A DNA stretch of 64,000 bases from an uncultured Candidatus Binatia bacterium (GCA_965218425.1 OZ244621.1:704001-768000), one strand, 5' to 3'. Counted from the first letter of the stretch, positions 10,742-22,082 are shown. Numbers and translations: made by a program. Notes: generated by a model from the sequence alone, not told the origin.

Positions 10742-11335
10742 TCAAAATGGGTGTGCCCGGGCCGCACCAAGGGTTAGAGGCAGCCACTGCCAGTGAGCCG
10801 CTTTGAGTCTCCGACTGAATACAAGCCAAATCAGTGCGGCGGGAATAAACAGCACGATCATGTATTTTGAACAGAACCCGAGCCCCAGGAAGCAACCGAA
10901 AGCACCGTACCATCGAGGGTCCCCGCTTTCCATTGCCTTGAGCATGGCTAGCAGGGACAGGGACCAGAAAAACATCAGGGGGGTGTCCGGCGTTGCGATC
11001 AGCGAACCCATGCCGAAAAACGGAGAGGTCAGGCTAAGGCACAACCACCAGAAAAGCTGTCGCTCACTCATGATGGGTCGCAGGATTTTAAGCCAAATTA
11101 AAAAAGTCCCATGGCCCAGAATGACCGAGGGCCAACGAACGGTGTGAAAAAGCGGCTCCAGTGGGGTGCCGAGTAAAAACAGCCAGGCCACGAACGGTGG
11201 ATGATTCAGGTAACTGAGTTGAAGGTGCCTAGTCCAAACCCAGTAGTAGACCTCGTCGTCGTAGAGAGGGATAAAGGCGGTGAGAAGTAGCTTGATCACC
11301 AGCGCGACAAGCCATATTTTGAGTAGAATGTTCAC
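10742..11335 (-). pseudogene. GT39/PMT-2 family glycosyltransferase, 3'-truncated
   Basis: DDEVYYW, HPPFVAW, TPDTPL motifs; stops at 197 aa. Confidence 0.75.
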
Positions 11336-11365
11336 AGACTAGGATGGGGTCTAGGATTGTTTAAT

Positions 11366-13036
11366 TCATGAGCCGCGCAGCACAAAGTAGCGGTAGCGAC
11401 CCGCTACAAGCTCATGGATAATCCGAGCGCGCCAGTTTGCCTTTTCTTTGCCGTAGATCTTGGCGGCGGTTCTTTGGTGCAAAAGTACTACGGATTTGGG
11501 ATGCTCACGCAGAAATCGTTCGATCTCCTCTTTGTTGTTCAACAGCCTGACCAGGGCACCGGTGTGAAACCCAAATGCCCCCATCTTGGAGAATCCCCGT
11601 GCTGGAAAGGCTAGACCAAACTGCTTTTCAGAGCCGATTTGCTCCCGAATCCATCGCCCCGCGGGGGCGTAGGTCTTGGCTGGATTGATGGTTGGCATAA
11701 CCCAGGTGAAGCCGACGAAGTAGATGGGAAAAAAGGCAACGGCCATGCGATAAAAGGCTCCCGGTAAGTCTCCGCGACGCCACGCACCCAACACCCATAT
11801 CCCCCCGGATAGACTTATCACGCCCAGGGCGAGGCTCGGGAGCCGCATACTCAGAGCGATGTTTTTATACAGGGGGTCCAGATCCAGTCGGGCCATAACG
11901 GGTCCTGTACCCACAAAGCTAATGAAACAGACCACTCCCCCCGAGATGAGCAGTACGGTATAAAACGCCACCAACACACGCGCCGGACGGGAGTCTCTCA
12001 AACCGACGTCAGCCCCCACTTCGATGGTAGTCCTAATCCACGGCGCCATCAGAAGTGCAATGGCAGGATATGCGGGCAGCAGGTACATCTGCCGCTTGGT
12101 TACCGCGATGGACAGAAACACGAAGAAGGCGGCGAACCACCAAATCACGAGCTGGGTGTGGCGGTCCTGCCACAACCTATTTCGATAAATCCGCCATAGT
12201 GCAAAGGGTAAGAGGGGCGTCCAGGGTGCAAGATCGTAACCAATCGCAACGAAATAATAGTAGAACGGCCTTTCGTGCATACGTGCACCGCTGAGAAAAC
12301 GACCGAAGTTTTGAGCCCACAGCTCATAAAGCATGTTGTCCGAGCCCATCTCCTTCGCGCAAGCTACGAACCAGGGTACATAAATGGCCAGGCTGATGAG
12401 GGACAGAGGGGCAAGCTCCAGAAGCGGCCGCCATTCACGCCGCGCCCCGTGCCAGAGAGTGAGCACAAGGCCTGGCAATAACAACCCCAAGGGTCCCTTT
12501 GTCAATAGAGCCAAGCCCAACAGGGCAAACCCAGCCGCCCTGGGCCACCAGCGTATTCCATCGCCAACACCGCCAGCGTAGACGAGCAGTCCGGTGCCAA
12601 TAAAGAAGCTGAACAGCATGTCGGTGCGGTAGCCAACGGCCTGCAGTGCGAACTGGGAGAAGGTTAAGAGGAGAAAACCGGCCCAAAGCCCTGTTTTCCC
12701 ATCGTACCAACGGGACCCCACGGCACAGGTTACAAGCACAAGGCAAATGGCAGCTAGCGCGGAAGGCAACCGTAGAGTGAACTGATTCATACCACCCAGC
12801 ACGGTGGATGAGATGCTGCCCGCCCAGTATATGAGCGGCGGATAGTCCACCCATATGACTCCCATGCGCCTTGGCGCAATCCAGTCACCGCTCACAAACA
12901 TGGCCTGGGCCACCTCGGCGATGTTAGGCTCATCGGGGTACCACAGATCAAACAAACCGATGCATCCGACGTACAGAGCAGCGCCAAGGAGACCAAGCAG
13001 GAGCAGCCGGTACTGAATTAGAAAGCTTGGCATCAC
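11366..13036 (-). CDS. ArnT-like GT39 glycosyltransferase
   Basis: DEPNIAE, DYPPLIYW, TKGPLG, KRQMYLLPAYP. Confidence 0.88.
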   Translation of the reverse strand: MMPSFLIQYRLLLLGLLGAALYVGCIGLFDLWYPDEPNIAEVAQAMFVSGDWIAPRRMGVIWVDYPPLIYWAGSISSTVLGGMNQFTLRLPSALAAICLVLVTCAVGSRWYDGKTGLWAGFLLLTFSQFALQAVGYRTDMLFSFFIGTGLLVYAGGVGDGIRWWPRAAGFALLGLALLTKGPLGLLLPGLVLTLWHGARREWRPLLELAPLSLISLAIYVPWFVACAKEMGSDNMLYELWAQNFGRFLSGARMHERPFYYYFVAIGYDLAPWTPLLPFALWRIYRNRLWQDRHTQLVIWWFAAFFVFLSIAVTKRQMYLLPAYPAIALLMAPWIRTTIEVGADVGLRDSRPARVLVAFYTVLLISGGVVCFISFVGTGPVMARLDLDPLYKNIALSMRLPSLALGVISLSGGIWVLGAWRRGDLPGAFYRMAVAFFPIYFVGFTWVMPTINPAKTYAPAGRWIREQIGSEKQFGLAFPARGFSKMGAFGFHTGALVRLLNNKEEIERFLREHPKSVVLLHQRTAAKIYGKEKANWRARIIHELVAGRYRYFVLRGS

Positions 13037-13136
13037 TCTAAGATATTTCCCAAATGGATAAAGGGCAAACCAAAATCAATGAAGGACTATGGACGGCCTT
13101 CACGTGCAAGAGACCTTAAGTGACACTACCGTTGGG

Positions 13137-13165
13137 TTGACATAACTCCCACGTTGGCGAATACT
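13137..13165 (+). promoter_or_regulatory. Putative sigma70 promoter of thrC-metB
   Basis: TTGACA-17 nt-AATACT. Confidence 0.55.
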
Positions 13166-13188
13166 GTTTACACCCGACGAGGACAAAC

Positions 13189-14535
13189 ATGAGCTATAAC
13201 GCTTGGTTTCAATGTATCAACGGCTGTCCCGGACAGTTCAGCTTGCTCGAGAGCATCTACCGCTGCCCCTCCTGCAACAACCTCCTAGAGGTGCAGCACG
13301 ATATGGAAGCACTCAAGACGAGGGCTCCTTCCGCATGGATGAGGCTCTTCGACGATCGCTTACATCAAAACGAGTATCCCTACGGTTCAGGAGTTTGGGC
13401 CAAGAAGGAATGGGTGGTCCCCTTCATCGATAACGAGAACATCGTATCCACCTATGAAGGGAACAGCAACCTGTTTTGGGCAAACCGATACGGCAAGCAG
13501 ATCCACGTGGAGGACCTTTGGGTCAAGCAATGCGGCAACTCGCATACCGCATCCTTCAAAGACCTGGGCATGACGGTGCTAGTCTCCGTGGTCAAGCAAA
13601 TGATCGCCAATGGCTCACCCATCGATGTGGCGGCTTGCGCCTCCACAGGAGACACTTCGGCGGCGCTGGCTGCCTATTGCGCCGCAGCAGGGATACCCGC
13701 AGTGGTATTGCTTCCACGCGACAAGGTGTCACCCGCCCAACTGGTACAACCGCTGGCCAACGGCGCCCTCGTGTTATCCCTGGACACGGATTTCGACGGC
13801 TGCATGGCCGTGGTGCAGAAGATCACCGCTGACCCGCGTGTCTATCTGGCAAATTCCATGAACAGCCTGCGAATCGAAGGTCAGAAGACCGTGGCCATCG
13901 AGATCGTGCAACAGTTTGATTGGGAAGTGCCCGACTGGATCGTCATCCCCGGCGGCAACCTCGGAAACGTGAGCGCCCTGGGTAACGGATTTCTCATGCT
14001 CCACGATCTCGGTCTGGTTTCCAAGCTGCCGCGCATCTGCGTTGCACAGTCTCAAAACGCAAACCCCCTCTATCGCTCGTTCCTGAAGGGCTTTGAAAGC
14101 TTCAAACCCATGACGGCGAAGATGACCCTTGCCAGTGCCATACAAATCGGGAACCCCGTCAGCTATCAACGCGCCATTCGAACCCTGCAACGATTCAACG
14201 GCGTGGTGGAGCAGGCCTCGGAACAGGAGCTTGTGGATGAGTCCGCGCGCGCGGACCGCACGGGCATGTTCAATTGTCCTCACACAGGGGTTGCTTTGGC
14301 GGCACTTCGAAAGCTCGTGGACCGAAAGATCATCCGATCCCATGAACGAGTGGTGGTGATCTCCACCGCTCACGGGCTCAAGTTCGCCGATCAGAAGATC
14401 GCCTATCATCAAAGCAGTCTAGAGGGCATACGCTCGAGTCATGGCAACAAGCCCGTGGATATGAAACCCGATGTAAAGCCTGTGACAGACGCCATTCAGC
14501 GGCATGTGGAGAGGGTGCGACTCCTTGAAGGGTAA
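13189..14535 (+). CDS. thrC: Threonine synthase (plant-like fold-II type)
   Basis: SFKDLG PLP lysine, [25 protein letters not shown]. Confidence 0.93.
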   Translation: MSYNAWFQCINGCPGQFSLLESIYRCPSCNNLLEVQHDMEALKTRAPSAWMRLFDDRLHQNEYPYGSGVWAKKEWVVPFIDNENIVSTYEGNSNLFWANRYGKQIHVEDLWVKQCGNSHTASFKDLGMTVLVSVVKQMIANGSPIDVAACASTGDTSAALAAYCAAAGIPAVVLLPRDKVSPAQLVQPLANGALVLSLDTDFDGCMAVVQKITADPRVYLANSMNSLRIEGQKTVAIEIVQQFDWEVPDWIVIPGGNLGNVSALGNGFLMLHDLGLVSKLPRICVAQSQNANPLYRSFLKGFESFKPMTAKMTLASAIQIGNPVSYQRAIRTLQRFNGVVEQASEQELVDESARADRTGMFNCPHTGVALAALRKLVDRKIIRSHERVVVISTAHGLKFADQKIAYHQSSLEGIRSSHGNKPVDMKPDVKPVTDAIQRHVERVRLLEG

Positions 14536-15830
14536 TGAAAGACCGAAAGACCGAAAATAGCGGTACGCCGTCGCCAACCCATGGAACCGAGGGTACCAGG
14601 AAAACTCCCAAGGACGAACCTGGAACCGCCAGTGGATCACCCGCGCAGGCGTGCAAGGAAAAGAGAGGGATCAGTACCCTTGCCGTGCATGCCGGTGAGC
14701 CACACCCAAAGCCAGGGAACGCTCTTGCCACACCCATTATCCAAACCGCCACCTACACCTTCGCCGACACTGAGGAGCTCAGCGCTCATTTTGAACGACG
14801 CATCGAACGTGAAGAATACGGCCGCTACGGAAATCCGACTCAGCGCACCGCCGAGCGAAAGTTAGCGATTCTCGATGGCGCCGAGGATTGCCTTCTATTT
14901 GCGAGTGGAATGGCCGCCATCACAACAACCCTCTTCGCCGTGCTTTCGCGGGGCTCCCATGTGGTGGTGACGGATGATTCTTACCGTCGCACCCGTCAGT
15001 TCTTGACCCAGATCCTGCAGCGCTACGGCATCGAAGTGTCTACCGCACCCGCGGGCGACTATGTGGCCATGGAGGATGCGATCCGTCCCACGACCCGGGT
15101 CCTCCTGAGCGAGTCCCCAACAAACCCCTACAACTATGTTCTCGACATGGAACGGTTTTCCGAAATTGGCAAGAGGCATCGGGTAAAGACCATCATCGAT
15201 GCCACTTTCGCGACTCCTTTTAACCAGCGCCCCCTAGAGTTCGGCATTGATCTGGTGTTCCATTCTGCGACTAAATATTTGGGTGGACACAATGACCTGT
15301 TGGCTGGAGCGGTTCTGGGATCCGAAGCCATTATCGATGGGATCCGGTCCCTACAAGCCGTCACTGGGGCCGTGGTGGATCCCTTCGCCGCCTACCTCCT
15401 GGTTCGCGGCCTCAAGACCTTTGCGCTACGGGTGGAGCGGCAAAACGCCAATGCTCAGGCCCTTGCAGAGTTTCTGGCCAAGCACCCTCGCATAAATGCA
15501 GTTCATTACCCCGGTTTACCCAGCCACCCCCAGCACGAGGTGGCCAAACGGCAGATGAAAGGTTTCGGTGGGGTGGTTTCCTTCGAGGTAAAAGGAGACC
15601 AAAAAGCCACCTCCCGCATCGTGGACTCGTGTCGCATTCCTCAAATTGCTCCCTCCCTGGGCGGCGTTGAGAGTCTGATCGAACAGCCCGCCTTAATGAG
15701 CTTCTATGAGTTCACCACCGAAGAACGCCTTTTGGTGGGGATCAGGGACAACCTGATCCGATACTCGGTGGGCATCGAAGATGTGGAAGATCTCATCGCC
15801 GATCTCGCCAACGCCCTCGACCAACGGTAA
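14535..15830 (+). CDS. metB: Cystathionine gamma-synthase family PLP enzyme (plant CGS-like)
   Basis: YGRYGNPT, HSATKYLGGHND, IAPSLGGVESL; TAATG overlap with thrC. Confidence 0.8.
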   Translation: MKDRKTENSGTPSPTHGTEGTRKTPKDEPGTASGSPAQACKEKRGISTLAVHAGEPHPKPGNALATPIIQTATYTFADTEELSAHFERRIEREEYGRYGNPTQRTAERKLAILDGAEDCLLFASGMAAITTTLFAVLSRGSHVVVTDDSYRRTRQFLTQILQRYGIEVSTAPAGDYVAMEDAIRPTTRVLLSESPTNPYNYVLDMERFSEIGKRHRVKTIIDATFATPFNQRPLEFGIDLVFHSATKYLGGHNDLLAGAVLGSEAIIDGIRSLQAVTGAVVDPFAAYLLVRGLKTFALRVERQNANAQALAEFLAKHPRINAVHYPGLPSHPQHEVAKRQMKGFGGVVSFEVKGDQKATSRIVDSCRIPQIAPSLGGVESLIEQPALMSFYEFTTEERLLVGIRDNLIRYSVGIEDVEDLIADLANALDQR

Positions 15831-15955
15831 CTCACTCACGACGAGACCCGATCCATCCTAATCTCGTGTTGACATCAACAAACCTTATCGAATAGTGTCT
15901 CTCTGACCAATCCTTAGAATTAGATTTCTATATATCCGCAAGGGGAGGAAGTCCT

Positions 15956-17002
15956 ATGCCCACCATAGATGCTGATGCCCATGTTATCGAGACAGACCAC
16001 ACCTGGGATTTTATGGACGAAGCCGAGGTCAAGTACCGGCCTGTTAATTTAGCCACTACCGATCAGGGTTCCAACCGGCTTTACTGGATCATCGATGGTA
16101 AGCTCAAGCTCCGTCGTTCCAATATCGGCTTGGATACCACGGAAACCTCCCGGGAGATGCTCGATGTGGAGGCGCGCCTGAAGCATATGGACCAGCTGGG
16201 CGTGGACATTCAAGTGCTCTACCCCACAATCTTTACGCGCAAGATGGCGGACAACCCTGCGGCGGACCTGGCTTTGGCCAAGAGCTACAACCGGTGGATG
16301 GCTGAAATTTGGAGTCAGGCGAAAGAGCGACTGCGCTGGGTGGCTGTTCCACCCTTGCTGGACCTGTCCAAGGCCCCTGAGGCGTTAGAGTTCGCCAAGG
16401 AGAACGGGGCTTGTGGGGTCTTCATGCGCGGTTTTGAAGGAGACCGTCACCTTTCCGACCCTTATTTCTTTCCTTTGTACGCCTTGGCAAGCAATCTAGA
16501 CATGCCCATCTGTATTCACGCCGGCAACGCTAATCCGGAGGTGGTCAACTTCCTTGGAGTAGGCGAATCGCGCGGGAGCTTTTTAATTTCAAAAATTCCC
16601 GTTATGGGGAGCTTCCATAGCTTGGTCTTTGGCCAGGTACCTTCAAAGTTTCCCGGGCTCAGGTTCGCCTTTGTTGAAGCCAGTTCCCAGTGGGTACCAT
16701 ATGTTTTGCATGACGTGGTCCGGCGCACTGCGCACCGCGCGGGGAAACACCTACAAGGGAAAATGACAGATCAGGTTCTACGGGAAAACAGGCTTTACGT
16801 TGCCTGCCAGACGGACGACGATATCCCTTACGTCCTCAGTTATGCAGGGGAGGACAACCTGATCATGGGGACTGACTACGGTCATGCCGACACGGCAGCG
16901 GAGCTTGAAGCCATTTCCACCTTCAGAAAAACATGCCCAGTGGATCGTCGCATTGTGGACAAGATCCTCGACCACAACGCCGCCGCGCTCTACGGGCTAT
17001 AA
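15956..17002 (+). CDS. Amidohydrolase_2 family protein
   Basis: IDADAH, CIH, GTDYGH; TTGACA promoter at 15869. Confidence 0.88.
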   Translation: MPTIDADAHVIETDHTWDFMDEAEVKYRPVNLATTDQGSNRLYWIIDGKLKLRRSNIGLDTTETSREMLDVEARLKHMDQLGVDIQVLYPTIFTRKMADNPAADLALAKSYNRWMAEIWSQAKERLRWVAVPPLLDLSKAPEALEFAKENGACGVFMRGFEGDRHLSDPYFFPLYALASNLDMPICIHAGNANPEVVNFLGVGESRGSFLISKIPVMGSFHSLVFGQVPSKFPGLRFAFVEASSQWVPYVLHDVVRRTAHRAGKHLQGKMTDQVLRENRLYVACQTDDDIPYVLSYAGEDNLIMGTDYGHADTAAELEAISTFRKTCPVDRRIVDKILDHNAAALYGL

Positions 17003-17197
17003 TTCTCTATGTTGGAGCTTTATCATAATTATACGTTTGTTGTGGGGCCAAGGTACGCTCCGCCCTGGAGGAAAAAGGCACGGAGTCATGGCCCCAGGTA
17101 AAAACCATCCTGCAATAAAATTAACGGCTCCACTCTTACCCGATAGAATATTAAACAGAACGACTGCAATAAAGTTTTTCGCCCCAAGATACCCCGG

Positions 17198-17380
17198 ATT
17201 AAAATCCGAAATCCCAAGCTCGAAATTTCAAACAAACCAAAACGTTCAAATCTAAAAATCAAAATCCAAAACAAACTTGTTTAGAATTTCATGTTTCTCG
17301 GTCATTTGGAATTGTTTCGAATTTCGGATTTCGAAATTGTAATTTTAATTATACTTGGCGTCCTTTGCGCCTTTGCGCGG
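17198..17380. repeat. AT-rich intergenic inverted repeat element (AAATCCG/AAATTCG units), copy A
   Basis: 17310-17334 is the exact reverse complement of 39519-39543. Confidence 0.7.
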
Positions 17381-17445
17381 GTCACCTCTTGCCCAACTGT
17401 GTAATCCAAATTTCATTCGCACATTGGAAACACCTTTGGCTACGG

Positions 17446-18414
17446 TCATGCCGATTTAACTCCTCCTGTAAGGCCTCGCTTTGTGCGCTTCACGGATTTC
17501 CGCTGGCTCGGTTTTTTGCCCGAGAAACCTCTGCGCAACAGACCCCTTTCAGTAAAGGACTTGATGATTTCCACCAGCGGCTCTGCTCGTGCCTCTGACC
17601 CCGCGCCCTCGCCGGGTTTGAGCGCAGCTATCCCCTTCAACACCTTTTCCACGCCTGGCACCACCATGGGATTTAACCCGTAATGATGGTAGGTCTCACG
17701 GAGCTCCACCATTTCCTCGGCCCTACGTCCTGCGTGCAATGGTAAGGAGAGCATTGACTGGCCAACTTTACTGGCGATGCCGGGGTAGCTCCTTTCATAG
17801 TCCTGCAGGGTTTCACTCAACAAGCCAAGTTTTTCCGCACCCACCAGCAGCTCGGTGAAAAGACCAGCCAGTCCCTTGCTCAAACCCGCATGGAGCACTT
17901 TGAATGCCGAGGCCTGTGTGGACTCCGTCCCAAGGACCTTGACCCGTAGCCCCAATTCGTTCAGCGGAAGGAGGCTGCTAGCGTGATCCCCTGAAACATA
18001 AACCACTGTACCCTGGTCGATCTTCGCGGCGCCACCGAGGATGCAGCCGTCAACGAACCTGGCGTCGGCACGGGTCAGTAGCCGGCCTATCTCCGCCGCC
18101 GTCATAGGCGAGATGGCATTGGCATCCACATAGAGAAGATCACTTCGCCCGCTTTTCGTAAGGGCCCGGGCCACACCCTGTGCAACCGGCCTTGCCGCGA
18201 AGGGCACCACAATTGAAACAATAAGATCAGCGCGGGAAACCAGTCCCTCCAGCGATGAGACCTGTTCCACGCCGACACTTTCAGCACGCTTTCGTGTTGC
18301 TTCACTTCTGTCGCCCGTATAGGTCAAGACTTTTACCCTGTGAGCGCCCAAGGTACGGGCCCAGTGGTAGCCCATCTCTCCAATGCTGAGAATTCCAATC
18401 TGATTGAACGCCAT
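17446..18414 (-). CDS. NAD(P)-dependent oxidoreductase (beta-hydroxyacid dehydrogenase-like, DUF1932 C-terminus)
   Basis: IGILSIGEMG, YVDANAISP, ASAFK, HAGRRAEEM. Confidence 0.82.
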   Translation of the reverse strand: MAFNQIGILSIGEMGYHWARTLGAHRVKVLTYTGDRSEATRKRAESVGVEQVSSLEGLVSRADLIVSIVVPFAARPVAQGVARALTKSGRSDLLYVDANAISPMTAAEIGRLLTRADARFVDGCILGGAAKIDQGTVVYVSGDHASSLLPLNELGLRVKVLGTESTQASAFKVLHAGLSKGLAGLFTELLVGAEKLGLLSETLQDYERSYPGIASKVGQSMLSLPLHAGRRAEEMVELRETYHHYGLNPMVVPGVEKVLKGIAALKPGEGAGSEARAEPLVEIIKSFTERGLLRRGFSGKKPSQRKSVKRTKRGLTGGVKSA

Positions 18415-18638
18415 AGTTACCTCATTTCTCTTGGTTCGCATTCTTCGTGAAACGTCTTCTTAACTGCCTCATTGATCAATACCCGGCTAGAGATGGACGA
18501 GTCAAGATGAACTGAGCGGTGGTTGAGGAAGGCAGTACTTGACCGGAAGATTCAGGTGAAATAAATAGGTCGGGCATTTTACAGTTCAAGAATAGAAGTT
18601 AGGGACCTGGAAGAGCGGTGAGCTAATGGGCGAAAAAA

Positions 18639-21600
18639 ATGTCGACACTTATGGAGAGCCGCATAATATAATGACATTGGATAAGAACTTAATGTATAGT
18701 GGTGGTATGGGAAACCCACTTGGAGTGCGACGGGACTTTGAAGCATTGGAGCGGCGGTGGATGGAGGCGGGGAGGCTGTTGAAGCGAGGGCTGTCGGAGG
18801 CGGAGGTGGCGCGTTGGGTGGGAGTGCACCGCCAGTCGGTGAATCGATGGGCGCGGCAGTTGGCCGAGAGCGGCAGAGCCGGGCTCAAGCAGGCGGGGCG
18901 TGCCGGACGCAAGCCGCGACTGAGCCCGGCGGATCTGAAGAAGATCGAGGGCGGTTTGAAACGGGGACCCGAAGCGCTGGGGTACGACACGAGCCTGTGG
19001 ACCGCAAGGCGAGTGGCCCACTTGATTGGGGAAGCCTGCGGAGTCACATACCATCCGGGCCATGTTTGGCGGATATTGCGGCAGTTGGGGTGGAGTTGCC
19101 AGCGGCCGACGGGACGTGCCTTGGAACGAGATGAAGAGGCGATCCGGCAGTGGAAGAAGAAGCGCTGGCCGGAGATTAAAAAAAAGCCCGAAACGAGGGG
19201 CGAACCATAGTGTTCGTGGACGAAAGCGGGCTGAGCGAGCGGCCGAATCGGTATCGTACGTGGTCGCCCCGAGGACAGACGCCAGTGCTGCAATATCACT
19301 TCAACTGGAAGAGTCTGTCGGCCATCGCCGGAGTCACCTGGTGGCGCTTGTACTTTCGAGTGTATCCGGGAGCCATCAAGAGCCCCCAGATCATCGAATT
19401 CCTGAAGCACTTGATGCGTCATGTTTCCGGGCCGCTGCTGGTAGTGTGGGACGGACTGCCCAGCCACCGGAGCCGGTTGGTTCGGGACTTTGTTGCCGCT
19501 ACCGAAGGCGCGTTGGTGCTGGAACGGTTGCCGGCCTATGCACCGGAACTGAATCCCGTCGAATACCTCTGGGGATACTGGAAGCATCATGAACTGCCCA
19601 ACTTCTGTGCCAAGGACTTCGCTCAACTCAGCCACCATGCTCGTCGCGCCCTTTGCCGAATGCGCCGCAGGCCTCGTCTCGTTACCGCCTTCTGGAAACA
19701 GTCCAGCCTTTTCTGATGTCATTATATTATACGAGGATCAATAAAGCCGTAGGGGCACCTGTTCCCAGGGCGGAAGGACCTCAAAAGGTCACCGGTCAGG
19801 CCGTTTATACAGCGGACGTAAAACTTCCAGGCATGCTCTGGGGCAAGATTCTTCGTAGCTCCCATCCCCACGCTCGCATTCGTCGTATTGATACTGCCAA
19901 GGCCCGCCAAGTGACCGGTGTCAGGGCCATTGTCACCGGTCTGGATATCTCCGGCCGGCTCATGGGTAAGTTGATTCGTGACATGCCTGTTCTCTGCTGG
20001 GACGTGGTTCGATTTATCGGAGATCGAGTTGCCGCCGTGGCTGCTGACACACCCGAAGCCGCAGACGAAGCTCTGGAGCTGATCTCCGTGGACTACGAGG
20101 AGCTAGAAGCGGTCTACGATCCCATCAAGGCCATGGAACTTGACGCTCCACGCATCCATGAAAACGTCGCTGGCTACGACGGTGCCCCTAAAACCCGACT
20201 CGCCGCAGATGTACCCAATGGCCTGACGCGACTGGCGTGGCAGAAGGGCGACGTGAAGCAAGGACTTCGTGCGGCTGACATGGTATTGGAGCATACATTT
20301 CGTATCCCCGGCCGGCACCAAGGTTATATCGAGCCTCACGCTACCGTCGTCGCTATCGAACCCAATGGCAAGATTCAAGTCTGGGCTTCCACCAAACACC
20401 CCTTTGGCAATCGTTCTCAAATGGCAAAGACCCTGGAAATCCCGGAGGACCGAATCTGTTTTAATGCCGTGAATTTGGGGGGAGAGTTTGGGGGAAAAGG
20501 GGACGCGTCAGATGCAGCCGTTGCCTATTTTCTTGCCCAGCAGGCGGCAAGGCCGGTGAAAATGGTCATGACCTCGGCTGAGGAGCTTACTGCGGGTAAT
20601 CCGGCCCATCCCACAGTGGTCACCGTGAAATCCGGAGTAACGCGAGATGGCCGCATCACCGCCCGTTCTCTACGGGCCGTCCACGCAAGCGGCGCCTACG
20701 GCGCCCTTAAGCCCAATGCTACCCTGTCCACGTGGAATTATGTCGGCGGACCCTACCGGGTGGATCATGCCTATTCGGAGTTTTTTCAGATCTACACGAA
20801 CACGGTGCCTGGCGGCTATTTTCGTGGGCCGGGCGGCCTGGCCACCTTCTTTGCCCTGGAATCACACACAGACATCGTTGCCAAGGAGTTGGGCATGGAC
20901 CCCGCCGAATTCCGGCTTAAAAACCTCATTGGCGAAGGCGAAAAGGACACCACAGGGCAGCGGCTCCAGAGTGTGAGATTCCGTGAGGTCCTTCAAGCAG
21001 CGTTGACTGCGGCTAGTTGGAAGGTATCCAAGCCACACGCCAACCGAGGAAAAGGCATTGCGCTGTTTGGGCGCCACACTGGTGCCGGCGATGCCGGGGT
21101 GGCCGTCACTGCTGAACCCGACGGCACCTTCACCGTCATAAGCCCAACGTTTGATCAGGGAGCTGGCGCTCATACCATCTTGCAGCAACTCGTGGCTGAC
21201 GAAATGACAGTCCCCCTCACGCAAGTAAGAGTCACAGCGGGGAACACAGACACTGCTCCCTACGATTCCGGCGCCCGGTCCAGCCGGGGAACCTACGTTG
21301 CAAGCCACGCGGTCATCGAAGCGTGCGGGCAGCTTCGCACCGATCTCTTGTCAAAAGCAGCCCAACTATTGGAATGCCAACCGGAAGAAGTGGACTTTCA
21401 AAATGGTAAGTTTCGACTTCGAGAGGACCCGAACCAACAAGTGGGTCTGAGACAACTCCTAGTTCGAACTCAGGGTCCCCTCACTGTCACCGTGCAAGAG
21501 AATCTTCCTCAACCTACCGATGTAACCTACTTCTGCGCACAGGTTGCCGACGTGGAGGTGAATCCGCAAACCGGAACCCTACGGGTGCACCGCATCGTGA

Positions 21601-21974
21601 CCGCCCACGACGTAGGAACAATTATAAACCCCATCATGCACCAGGGCCAAATCGAGGGTGGCGTTGTCATGGGCTTGGGCCAAGCCTGCATGGAAGAACT
21701 GATTATAGAGAATGGCCGGGTGACCAATGCTAACGCCGGCGACTATAAAATGCCCACGGTAGCGGACATCCCTAAACTCAAAACAGTCCTTGTACGCTCT
21801 GGGGGCGGCCCGGCGCCCTACCATGCCAAGGCCATTGGCGAACTGTCCAACAACAGTCCTCCGGCTGCCATCGCCAACGCCGTAGCCAATGGCGTAGGGG
21901 TACGACTATTCGAGCTGCCTATCACCGCTGAACGCATTTACAATGCACTGCGTGGCGATAATGCACGTCAATAA
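18639..21974 (+). CDS. Xanthine dehydrogenase/CoxL-family molybdopterin-binding subunit, interrupted by IS630 after codon 4 (main body 19716-21974)
   Basis: Removing the IS restores MSTLKAVGAPVPRAEGPQKVTG; GGEFGGK, YFRGPG, GQIEGG, AKAIGE motifs. Confidence 0.88.
18707..19210 (+). CDS. IS630 transposase OrfA (HTH), joined to OrfB by a probable -1 frameshift
   Basis: VARWVGVHRQSVNRW HTH, winged HTH, A8-G slippery run at 19178-19186. Confidence 0.88.
   Translation: MGNPLGVRRDFEALERRWMEAGRLLKRGLSEAEVARWVGVHRQSVNRWARQLAESGRAGLKQAGRAGRKPRLSPADLKKIEGGLKRGPEALGYDTSLWTARRVAHLIGEACGVTYHPGHVWRILRQLGWSCQRPTGRALERDEEAIRQWKKKRWPEIKKKPETRGEP
19210..19716 (+). CDS. IS630 transposase OrfB (DDE_3 catalytic domain)
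   Basis: FVDESG, VWDGLPSH, LPAYAPELNPVEYLW. Confidence 0.92.
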   Translation: MFVDESGLSERPNRYRTWSPRGQTPVLQYHFNWKSLSAIAGVTWWRLYFRVYPGAIKSPQIIEFLKHLMRHVSGPLLVVWDGLPSHRSRLVRDFVAATEGALVLERLPAYAPELNPVEYLWGYWKHHELPNFCAKDFAQLSHHARRALCRMRRRPRLVTAFWKQSSLF

Positions 21975-22082
21975 ACACTGACCGAACACAATGATCTATC
22001 GACGTGGGAATCCATCCTCGAATCAGAATCCGTTGACAATCAAACGCTCTCTTGTTAGTTTCTTCCCTCTTGGTGATTTAGG

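Larger units (their letters stand above)
18650..19743 (+). mobile_element. IS630-family insertion sequence with duplicated TA
   Basis: Imperfect 28-bp inverted ends (TATGGAGAGCCGCATAATATAATGACAT / ATGTCATTATATTATACGAGGATCAATA); TA at 18650-51 and 19742-43. Confidence 0.92.

Noticed and set aside
17198..17345. CRISPR array in the AT-rich repeat tracts
   Set aside because: Units are short, degenerate and inverted, with no regular spacers and no cas genes
19653..19715. ORF-track start of the molybdoenzyme at 19653
   Set aside because: Lies inside the transposase; the native start is 18639 and the plausible replacement is 19716
18649..19722. 357-aa minus-strand ORF spanning IS630
   Set aside because: Antisense shadow of the transposase with no recognisable motifs
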